Of a DNA stretch of 64,000 nt, positions 54,305 to 64,000 are shown piece after piece. The stretch comes from Octopus vulgaris (lineage: Eukaryota), in contig OX597829.1 of NCBI GenBank assembly GCA_951406725.2, positions 14,508,001 to 14,572,000 on the forward strand, given 5' to 3'. How positions within the stretch are numbered: position 1 is the first letter of the stretch; each line of letters opens with the position of its first letter. Under the pieces are notes generated by a model, which searched no databases, had not been told where the DNA came from, and worked only from the letters and a program-made list of their open reading frames with translations. The translations under genes were made by a program, and so were the position numbers.

Positions 54305-54409
54305 TTCACACACACATACACCGACGCATATCCGCAACTACCTCACCTTGTAGCCGGATGCTTGAAATACTGGGTCAATCTCTTATATACTTTTCATTTC
54401 TTTTTCCTT

Positions 54410-54790
54410 TTATCTTCTACTTTGTTTTGTCATTGGACTGCAGCCAAACCGGAACGCTGTCTTGAAAGGTTTTGGGAGAATGATGCAACCTCACTACTTA
54501 CTTTTTAAGTTTTGGTTAAGTCTGACACTTATTCTATCGTTCTCGTTTTCCGAAACGCTAAGTTATAGGAAATGTAAACACGCACGCACACACGCACACA
54601 AACATACACACACACAAGAACGCATACACACATGTATGCACGATGAGCTTCTTTCAGTTTCCGTCAACGAAATCCACTCAGAAGGTTTTGGTTGTCCTCC
54701 AAGCCACAGTAGAAGCACCCGTCCAAAATGACTCTCAGCGGGGTTAGACTCATGCCTCGTAACTGCAGCCGCACAGCCATGCTTGCGCCT
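54410..54790 (-). mobile_element. SINE family B (diverged)
   Basis: Reverse complement of GGCGCAAGCATGGCTGTGCGG head and GACGGAAACTGAAAGAAG body. Confidence 0.75.
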
Positions 54791-54813
54791 ATATAAATAT
54801 ATATATATGTGTG

Positions 54814-54879
<66 letters not shown>

Positions 54880-54933
54880 CACATATATATACATATATAT
54901 ATACATATATATATATTTGTATATATATATATA

Positions 54934-56109
54934 ACGGGAAGCTTTATGAAAATAGACAAAAGACGAAGGCAGGTGGAAAACAAACAAACAATTGTATTAG
55001 TATGGCGCTCAGGAAATATAAATAAAACAAGTCTTTAACGTTTCGAGCCTACGCTCTTCAACAGAAAGATACACAGAGAGAAAAAAAACACAGAAAGGAG
55101 AGAAAAAAATGCGTGCAGTAACTAACGAATCAACATGGCGATCTGATTTCGGCCAGAAGTCAAAGATCAAACATGAGACGCGAGAGCGAAATAAGGGGAG
55201 ATAATAGGGTTGATAATAGGGTTGAATGACCACCTATTAGTGCGTAGGAGGGGTCTGGACGTGTGTATGTATAGGGTTGGTGTATGTATTAGTATGTATT
55301 AGTATGTATAAGGGTGTGTGTGTGTGTGTATGTATGAGAGAGTATTAGTGCGTAGGATAGGTCTGGACAGGCGTATGTGTGGGGTTGGTGTAAGTATTAG
55401 TATGTATTAGTACGTATTAGTATGTATAAGTGTGTGTGTGTGTGTGTATGAGAGAGTATAAGTGCGTATGAGGGGTCTGGACGTGTGTATGTATAGGGTT
55501 GGTGTATGTATTAGTATGTATTAGTATGTATTAGTACGTTTTAGTATGTATTAGTTGGTGTATGTATTAGTATGGCACATCATATATGATGTGATGTGTA
55601 AAGTCGTGTGGTGTAGTGAGGAGAAGAGGGGGAGGGGAGGAGATGGGGGAGAAGGGGAGGGGAAGAAGAGGGGGGAGAGGGGGAAGAGGAGAGGAGAGGA
55701 GGAGGAAGGGGAGGAGTAAGGGGAGGAGGAGGGGGAGGAGGAAAAGAGGGGGAGGGGGAGAGAATGGGAGGGGGGAGCAGAGGGAAGGGGAAGAGGGAAG
55801 GAGGGAGGGAGAAAGAGGGAAGAAGGGAAGGGGAGTAGGGGTGAAAGGATGAAGGACTGAAGAGAAGTAGGGGTCGGGGGGAAGGATAGGTGAGGAGGGG
55901 GAGAGGGGTTAGATGAGGAGGGGGAGAGTTGAGACCAAATGGCGTATAAGAGCGAAGAGAGAAGATTAATTCCTGTTCACGGCGCAAACGGGAATCCGGA
56001 TGGCCTCTGTGTAAGGACAAACCGAACACAGATAGGTGTTGCAAGGAGTGACCGGTGGATCGGAAATGGCGTGAGACCGGTGTGTCGTTCGCAAGGTGGA
56101 TGTCACGAA

Positions 56110-56110
<1 letters not shown>
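54934..56110 (-). mobile_element. 5'-truncated Penelope-like element: GIY-YIG end, pyrimidine tract, 110-bp tandem repeats, pseudo-LTR with hammerhead
   Basis: 56110-55928 reads [31 protein letters not shown]...RLRREQELIFSLRSYTPFGLN; three tandem units from 55235, 55343, 55457; both ends in microsatellites. Confidence 0.88.
55032..55069 (-). ncRNA. Minimal type I hammerhead with A6U core variant
   Basis: TCTTT-CTGTTGA-A-GAGC(GTAG)GCTC-GAA-ACGT-T-AAAGA. Confidence 0.72.
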
Positions 56111-56198
<88 letters not shown>

Positions 56199-56218
56199 TA
56201 TATACATATATATATGTA

Positions 56219-56831
56219 CTAGCAGTATCGCCCGCAGGGTCTCGGAGGAGATAGTGTTAGTTGAAGGTTACCAGACCTGGCGCACACAGACAACTGAAGT
56301 ACACTTGCAAATTAATACTACAAAAACTTAGCGACGAGTAAAGCATTTGAAATGAGAGAGGGAAATCGTAAAATATTGAGTTTTCTCGAATTTTTGCTTA
56401 GTTGGAGGTCAAATTGAGAGAAATTTATATGCCATGACCCAATGGAATGTACTTCGAAAAATCATAGGTAAATTCCAATTGAAGAAATTGTATGAGGAGT
56501 AAATCGTTATGTATTTATTTGTTTCTGTTTCCTGTGTATTTTTTTTTGAGTAGTGGTTGAAGGTACACTTGCAAAGAGAGAGTAGGAGAAAGTGTGGTAA
56601 TAGCATGAGTGAAGCAGTTGAAATTAGAGAGGCAAATCGTAAAATATTTAGTTTTCTCGAATTTTTGCTTAATTGGGGGTCAAATTGAAAAAAATTTATA
56701 TGCCATGACCCAATCGAATCTACTTCGAATAATCATAGGTAAATTCCAATTGAAGAAATTCTATATTGTACAATTGTATTAAAAAGAAACATAGTCACAG
56801 GCAGAGAAAATCTGCCTTTTATCATAAGAGA
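56219..56831 (-). mobile_element. Probable non-autonomous Helitron with internal tandem duplication of about 250 bp
   Basis: Minus strand A|TC...CTAG|T termini, short CCC-TGC-GGG subterminal hairpin; 56336-56494 is repeated at 56587-56764. Confidence 0.62.
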
Positions 56832-56879
56832 TACATATATATATGTATACATATATATATACATACACACACACACACG

Positions 56880-56924
<45 letters not shown>

Positions 56925-56925
56925 G

Positions 56926-56961
<36 letters not shown>

Positions 56962-57074
56962 CATATATGTATATACAGAGATAGAAGGAAAGGTAGCAAG
57001 ATGAATATTCTCGGTTAGGTTCAGCACACAAGAAAAACCGGGATTTTCCAATACTATTTTATTCCCTTAGTTTC

Positions 57075-57660
57075 ACATGTTTACACTTTTATTGCCTTCA
57101 AAGTATTCTCCATTTGAAGGAATGCTTCGGTCTAGGCGCGTTTTTCATTTATCGCTGGAGTACTGGAACTCTTGCGAAGTGATGCTTTTTAACGCCCCCG
57201 TCATTTTTTTCTTCCACCTCTTCCACATCTGCAAATTCCGTAGCATCAGCTTTCGCCACCAGTGATGACCTTCGAAAAAAAGGTCCGGATCAATTTCCAA
57301 CTGTTCTTTCAGTTCACACCACGCATTCATTTGTGGCGCTAGCGAGACATAAATTTTGCTGCAACTTTTTCATTCGCGATTCCTCGCTCCAAATTCCTTG
57401 GCAGGAGCTACAGAACACACCAGTCATATGAACAAGTTTGTCAATTGTTCGGTCATTAGTTCATGATTAGTTCATAAATTTTCATGATATTTTCATTCGT
57501 TCGGGAGGTCAACAGGCGCCCTGAAGAAAATTAGCATCAAGGGACCATTCCTAAAGCGTGGAAACCACTCGGAAACTTGTGTTTTGCTCATGGCAGCATC
57601 CTTTTAAGCTGTTTGAAGCATGGCAATATTATTAAGTTTAACCATTTCACACACATAAAT
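57075..57660 (-). pseudogene. Internally deleted mariner transposase relic
   Basis: SGRLLTSRTNENI...MKKVAAKF (N-terminal) joined to FADVEEV...LKSITSQEFQ...RLDRSIPSNGEYFEG (C-terminal). Confidence 0.8.
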
Positions 57661-58048
57661 ATATATGAAATTAAATACTACACTCTTTTGTTTTCAAACT
57701 ATCGTTCATATATGAACGCACGAATGCCCCTGAAACACAAGCAACGAAAAAAAAACGACATTTGAACTCTGATCTCCCATGTATGTCTATCTGTCTGTCT
57801 CTCTTCCTCTTTTTCTCTCTCTTGTTGCCCACATGTAACCATCGTCCATCTTTCTTTTCCTCACATGGGCATCTTTCTTTTCCTGCACTATGTTCTAAAG
57901 ACTGGACTTCTCTTCCTTTCTCTTTCTCTTTTCTCTTTTCAAAGAAAATATTTCTCCCAGCGTTCACTATTTTCCTCTCGTTCTGTTTGTTTTTGTTCGG
58001 TTTCCATATTTGTTTTTGTTCGGTTTCTCTGTTTTTGTTCCCAACTTT

Positions 58049-58171
58049 GACCCTCTAGAAATCCAGAATTTTATTTTGGAATTTATGGGAGCAACTGTCT
58101 TCGAACATTCATATTGTCGTTGAATGCTCGAAATGAGGAATAGATAGACAGCCGACAACTGATGAAGGGTC
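58049..58171 (+). ncRNA. Non-circularly permuted hammerhead ribozyme fold (copy C)
   Basis: GACCCT/AGGGTC; hairpin; stem II GAGCA/TGCTC-GAA; stem III TTCAT/ATGAG; A17 at 58113; stem I TTGTCG/CGACAA-CTGATGA; extra CTGTCT/AGACAG. Confidence 0.85.
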
Positions 58172-58281
58172 GTTCTCTGTGTTACCTGTCCTGTTTTCCA
58201 TTTTTTCTCTTGTTTGCGCATTTAACTCGTTTGTTATCGTACTTCATGTTGTTTACTGTTGGTGACATTCTGTACCCATGT

Positions 58282-58325
<44 letters not shown>

Positions 58326-58659
58326 GTATATACTGAAGATGCGTAGCTTAGTACTTAGGTTAACTGGCTCACATTCTTAAGGTCGTATGTTCAGTTTCCA
58401 GCGACATGTTGCGTCCTTGAGCAAGACACTTTACTTTACATTGTTCTTATACACTCACCTGGCAAAAACGAATAATACCTGTATTTTAAATGGCCAGCCT
58501 TGGGATTTTCTTTGTCAGGTTCACTCTCCCTCAGAAAGACGTTAAAAGTACGCGTGTCTGTAGTTCTGAGTCACTTGCACTTTGATTTAACGGACTAAGT
58601 GTTTAGCTGATAAGATCAACTGGAATGCTTGTCGTCCTCACCCACGGGATTCCAGTTCA

Positions 58660-58766
<107 letters not shown>

Positions 58767-59337
58767 GTATGTATGTATGTATGTATGTTTGTGTCTATCT
58801 ATCTATCATTTCATTTCATTAGTTTCGTCTATTTTTCAATACTTGACCTTCACCCCACTGATCCTTATTTCGTTGCCGAGTAAAGGATAGCACATTTACA
58901 CCCACATACGCATACACACATATACACATATGTATATATATGCACAAGCATTAATGTATATATAACTATGCGTGTAAATGTAGGAGTCTATATATATATA
59001 TACAGATAGGTAGATAGATATGCAACCCTATAGCCCAGGGCTAATCAGAGCTTTGTGAGTGGATTTAGTAGATGTAAAGTCAAAGAAGCCTGCCGTTTAA
59101 ACACCTGCATGTGAGTCTTTGTGCCTGCTTTTTTTCTCTACCACTCCGGAATTAGCGGTTCGGCAAAGGACACCGATAGAAGAAATACCAGATTCAAAGA
59201 ATAAGTAGAAGTGCAAATTCGTTTAAATAAAACGTCTGTATTACATGGTTGCAGTCTAGGGTGGAAGATGTCTTGCAAACAACTTGCACATGCAAGTGCT
59301 ATCAGTCAAAAATCCCGCATACCGGAGGCCGGAAGCC

Positions 59338-59443
59338 AGCAAGTGTATGGGGTCATCAGGAGAGAATGCGCGCCGTTTCGGGGCCTACTTCTCGACGGCA
59401 TCAATATGCACCGCCCCTTCACTGATATGAGGCCCCGCTTGCT
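59338..59443 (-). ncRNA. Non-circularly permuted hammerhead ribozyme fold (copy D) in LINE 3' UTR
   Basis: Stem II GGGGCCT/AGGCCCC-GAA; stem III TGCCGT/ACGGCG; GUC site (C at 59394); stem I GAGA/TCTC-CTGATGA; closing AGCAAG/CTTGCT. Confidence 0.78.
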
Positions 59444-59468
59444 AGATCAGCTGGTTATCAAATAAAGC

Positions 59469-59720
59469 TCAATATCCTTCTAGCCATCGCTCATCGTCTC
59501 TTTTGAACCAAATCCAGTGGCTAGCCTTCTCCACTGTAGTTTGGATATCGGTTATGGTGGTATTGACTTTACGATGAGTTAGGCCTAACGATAACAACAG
59601 TCGTCTCACACTGTGTCCAACGAACCCTCTACATCCGACTTCGATTGGAAAAAAAGCGTCTTCATATTCCTCGAGGTGGTTTACATAACGGTCAATCTTT
59701 CGAGCCCGAGTGGCGTCCAT
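59469..59720 (-). pseudogene. C-terminal restriction-like endonuclease fragment of a HERO-like non-LTR retrotransposon (5'-truncated)
   Basis: RKIDRY...FPIEVGCRGFVGHS.RRLL..LG...EKASHWIWFKRDDERW matches the K..KY/P.EVGCRGF/AS.W.W.KR pattern of HERO-clade elements. Confidence 0.8.
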
Positions 59721-60179
59721 ATTACCTTATTATTCGCTTACTGATATTCATCAATGGTTTTTTCTCATTGTTTTGATGCGCCATTTCTATCACTAATAAC
59801 ATGGTCAGCGTTTTTGACGACACGTGTTTGCTGTTATTGTAGGATACACATATCAAAGGTGTCACATAGTGGGACTGAACACAGAATCATATAGTTAGGT
59901 GTCAGAAATCTTATCACGCCTGCGCGTATTTTATAGCCTTTCATTAAATATATAAAGATTAGCCTGGCGTCTTAACTGAAAATTGTTATTATGAGGAAGA
60001 CGCTTTTTTTTAAACTATTTATTCTGAGAATAATTGTATCTTTCTACGCATACGACACCAACGCCAACACATATTTGTTATCAGTAACACAAGTATTGTT
60101 TGAGAAATCTGCATAGCTTACTTATTGTGGGCATACTATAGAAAGCAAATTGCAGTGCTCATCTTGTAAAAAAACATCT

Positions 60180-60815
60180 ATAGAAGTAGAGTGCTAAAAA
60201 AATAATCGAAATACATCGGGTAACAGAAGAAAAGCGTCCAGTAGCGGTGGCGAAATTATTAAATAAGGATTTCTCTGTCTTTGAACATCATCAATAGCAT
60301 GTACCCACTATGAAGCGCATGCTTAGACAAATTTAGCCTCTACTGATATAGAGAGAGACTGTGATTAGCAAACTACTGGTGTTGCAATTAACTGGAGAGC
60401 TGGGTAAAAATTCCTTATTAACAACTTATGTATTATTGGTACCGAATGGCATTTTGTATGTATTACTTAATGAGGATATACTGAACCAGTAAATGTGAAA
60501 TTCGTCTCAACATACGGTTGGTAGTGGATCTCTGTTACTGATCCGGATTTAGCAATTCAATTACTGATGCTGGACAATTTCCATCTGATACTGATACTAC
60601 TGTGCTTTTTACCACGATACGTCTGTACGAGATGCTTTTTAAAACGAATACCGCAGTTTTGTGGCTTTCAATAGTATATCCACGTCGCGTAGGATATACA
60701 AAATGCTAATCTGAACCAATACTGCTTCTGTCACTAATTACGAATTTTCACCCAGCCTGCCAGTTTTTTTTGCGACACTAGTGATTTGTTAATCATTGTT
60801 TCCTATATCAGTAGT
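60180..60815. repeat. Old repeat homologous to 36380-36920, with a diverged inverted copy (60340-60490 / 60650-60815)
   Basis: CTACTGATATAG...TGATTA.CAAA..ACT.GTG..GCAA...AACTGG...GCTGGGT.AAAATTC present on both strands. Confidence 0.7.
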
Positions 60816-61044
60816 ATATACAGACAGACAGACACCCTCATTGACATACCCACACAATCGCAGATATTGTTGTGAGGTTAAGAAGCACAGGTCTACATTG
60901 CATTTGTATTTGTTCGTCTTTCATTCCCTTTAATCAAAAATTTAAATCTAATCGTCATCTTTATATGTAAAATCATGATATATAGTCCCTCGCCACGTTT
61001 ATATTGTCCCCTTTATGTTTGGCCCCCTGTGGGCAATAAAGAAA

Positions 61045-61400
61045 TCACAAGGCTGAAGTTACAGCTACGCTTCAAGACAAATCAGTTGAAAAGAATAGCT
61101 TCAGGGTATGTGAAGGCGAATTCAGGAGACGTTATGTACTTCTTTCAAGTACATCGATAAAAGTAATGCAGCTAAGTTGGTTAGCCACGTATGGAATTTG
61201 AAGATCAGGTCCACACCACATACAGTTAAGTGTAGAATAGTGGAGAAATCTGAACCATATGTTAATAGATCTGAGAGATTCATCTTATGTATACCAAAAA
61301 GATAGCATATATTTCTTAGAGCCAGCAATTCAAACACTGCTTAATTCGAAATCTGAAATTTTTAGCAGGTGTAGACACATGTGCAGGCTTCTTTTACCGA
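61045..61400 (+). pseudogene. Penelope-like GIY-YIG fragment (Nematis-type motifs)
   Basis: HKAEV...CEGEFRRRY / SFKYIDKSNAAKLVSHVWNLK...VKCRIVEKSEPY...LC / LNSKSEIFSRCRH; frameshifted. Confidence 0.78.
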
Positions 61401-61642
61401 TTAGGAGGACAACACCCGCTCCGAATTAAGTTACTATCTCGCAAGCTTTGACATATTTTCTATTATTTTGTTCTATACCAGCTGTATATAATGAACTTTC
61501 TGCAATCAAAGAGGACGAGGATCTTAGTTTCCTTGATTTCGCCTCATTTTTCTCGTTCTATTTTTTGCACCAACCTTCTTCAAGTTTTTACTCATTTCTT
61601 TCTGCCCAGGATCCTTGTTTTTAAAATATATATAACGTCAAT

Positions 61643-61871
61643 GCGGCGAGCTGGCAGAAAAGTTAGCGCGCTGGGCAGAATGCTTAGCGGTATTTCGTCT
61701 GCCGTTACGTTTCTGAGTTCAAATTCCACCGAGGTCAACTTTGCCTTTCATCCTTTCGGGGTCGATTAAATCAGTACCAGTTACGCACTGGTCAATGTAA
61801 TAGACTTAATCACTCTGTCTGTCTTTGTTTGTCCCCTCTCTGTTTAGCCCCTTATGGGTAGTAAAGAAATA
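61643..61871 (+). mobile_element. Family C SINE, monomer
   Basis: GCGGCGAGCTGGCAGAA head to GGGTAGTAAAGAAATA tail; ATATATAACGT on both sides. Confidence 0.9.
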
Positions 61872-62449
61872 TATATATAACGTATAAACAGAGACTGAGT
61901 GATTGTTTTAAGATACATTGCATATTTTATAAATATGCCTGTTCAAGTATCATAAAAGCATGAACATATTAGTAGCTCTTTCGGTTGTGTTTTTAAATTG
62001 ATATACAAAATTTCATCTTCCTTTTCAACACAATTTTGCTAAATCCGAAAGGACCATGTTCTTCCCAATTAGCTTTATCTTCGCAAACGTCTTGTATTTT
62101 CCGTTATTGTCTTTACTTATTCGTTCTCCTCATAAATTTTCTTCTGTACAGTTCGGTCTAGAGACCACATCTTTCTTTCTACTTGGCTCATTCGGTTTTC
62201 ATATTCACTCATTAATACCCCAGCAATGTTTTGCTGTTAACACCACCAAATTGAGCAATATGATCGATAGGTAGTCGAAATAGTATGATTTTAGGCTCAA
62301 TAACTGATGAGAGTAAACGTGTCCATGTTGTTGGTGCATTGTTGGTTCTATTGTCCGTGTCTCCCTTCGACGTTGTTAAAAGAACTTGAAAGTAAGACAC
62401 AGCGGTCCGAAAATATAGTATAATTCCGAGAAGAGGAACAATGTGATCG

Positions 62450-63272
62450 AAGAATTCCAAAACCAGAAATTTGTCGCAAGACTCACTGACATCAAGTAGG
62501 CCCTTGAAGTTGTCGAGTGTTATCTAAGAGATCGGAAAAGGCCGATTTGAAGGCCATCACAACTATAGGAAGAAGATTTAGTTAAGATATTCGAGTCAAA
62601 ATAGAAAAAAAAACTGCGCAATTAAGATAGAAGGGGAAACCCATTGAGACCAACGGTGTATAGTCGAAAAACACCTGTTGTTATGTCCTGTTATATGAAA
62701 TCGACGAGGTAAAGGAGTACGTCTACTTAGAACATACAGTGAATATGCGCTGAAACAAGGCTGCTGAAATCTTGAAGGGAATAAAGGCAGGATTGAAGGC
62801 CTTTACCTCAAAGAATGTGCTGAAAACAAAGCTTGAAAGACCGTACATTCCAGACTCTTCAATGAAGCCGTCTTACCTGCGTTCTCATAAGCAGGTGTTA
62901 TGTGGGTTACTACAAAGAGGGAAAACATCGATTGGATCCAACGCAAAGGGTCATGGGAAGATTTGATCTTGGAATACCATTCCCAGATTATATCCAAATT
63001 AAGAAACTTCAAGAATAGAGAGAAATAAGCGACATAGTCGCAGTATGACGAAGGTACAAGTTCCGCTGGGTCAGAAATGTCGCAAGATTCACAGACCACA
63101 GGCGGACCCGAGCAGCTGCCGAAAGATATCCAAGATAACGGAAAAAGGTCATTTGGAAGATCTCAACGACGACAGGAAGCCCATTTAGTTATAAGATTTG
63201 GGCCAATATGGAAAAGAATGGTGAAATCTAGAAAGAATTGGAAGTGCATTGTGACCAGCAATGTATAACAGC
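62450..63272 (+). pseudogene. RTE-clade LINE RT C-terminal/3' fragment
   Basis: IDEVKEYVYL...AEI...IKAG..AF...LFNEAVLP...WKRMVKSRKNWKCIVTSNV*. Confidence 0.7.
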
Positions 63273-63279
63273 TCCGTTT

Positions 63280-63740
63280 CCCTAGTATTTACTTCTTCCC
63301 CTCCGAAATTCTTCCGTCGAGCTCCTGCTGGTTTGAAGTTATTGCTTTCTATATGCAGCTTTTAATTTTCTGGATCAGCAAATCGTAATCCTCATTGAAC
63401 TCTGCAAGTTGACTCGAATTTTTCTTTTTGATAGCTTCCTGAAACTGCTTCACATCAAAGGCGTCTTTCAGATGTGCAGAGCTTTTTTCTCTCTGATTTC
63501 CCTGATTACAATCTTCACCTATAGCTAGCGATGATCATTGCTTGCGTTGAATGGCGCTACTACTGTGATGTCCTGCAATATGCGCCATTTATTGACCATG
63601 ATGTAGTCAATTTCTTTTTTGTATTGAGTGTTCAGATCCCTCTCTTCCCTGGTTGCTTCATAAATAGCCTGTTCCGAATCTAAAGTCTTCTTGTTTCTGC
63701 TACGGTAACCCAATGTTCTTTTTTGTTTCTCATTCAAATA
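63280..63740 (-). pseudogene. RTE-clade APE endonuclease C-terminal fragment
   Basis: KKEIDYIMVNKWRILQDITVVAPFNASNDHR. Confidence 0.7.
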
Positions 63741-64000
63741 CCATCCTGCTTCAGAAGAGGGATGATAAAGAATATTTTAAAAACTATCGTCCTATAATAC
63801 CGCTTACTTCACCTCTATAAACTGTGTACAAATATAGACTACTGAAACACGTCGTCGACCAACAGCCGAGAGAAAGAGAAAGAGAGAGAGAGCAGGTTTC
63901 TGTATGAATTGAGTACAATGGATAACATATTAACTCAAACACAGCTCATAGAACGAGCGAATGAATACAAGCTTCCTCTGTATAATCACTTTTGTCGATT

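Noticed and set aside
62304-62325. CTGATGAGAGTAAACGT hammerhead-like string
   Set aside because: It lacks G12, stem II and stem I complementarity.

Overview
AT-rich, microsatellite-saturated eukaryotic non-genic DNA, most likely from an octopod cephalopod (inferred from the SINE families and repeat landscape). No intact protein-coding gene is supportable; almost all listed ORFs are translations of (TA)n/(CA)n/(TCTA)n/(CTT)n tracts. The window holds three abundant tRNA-derived SINE families and decayed LINEs (CR1-group, RTE, and a HERO-like restriction-endonuclease element). It also holds Tc1/mariner/maT transposase relics, a probable non-autonomous Helitron, and at least four Penelope-like (PLE) GIY-YIG fragments. 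The main signal is a dense set of hammerhead ribozyme (HHR) folds in retroelement 3' ends. Four sequence-unrelated loci (7.1, 14.9, 58.1, 59.4 kb) plus one decayed copy (21.4 kb) fold by eye into the same non-circularly permuted, pseudoknotted hammerhead with covarying stems. Conventional type I HHRs in the window show natural C3-G8, U3-A8 and G3-C8 core covariation. All folds were derived by manual base-pairing; none has been tested computationally or biochemically.
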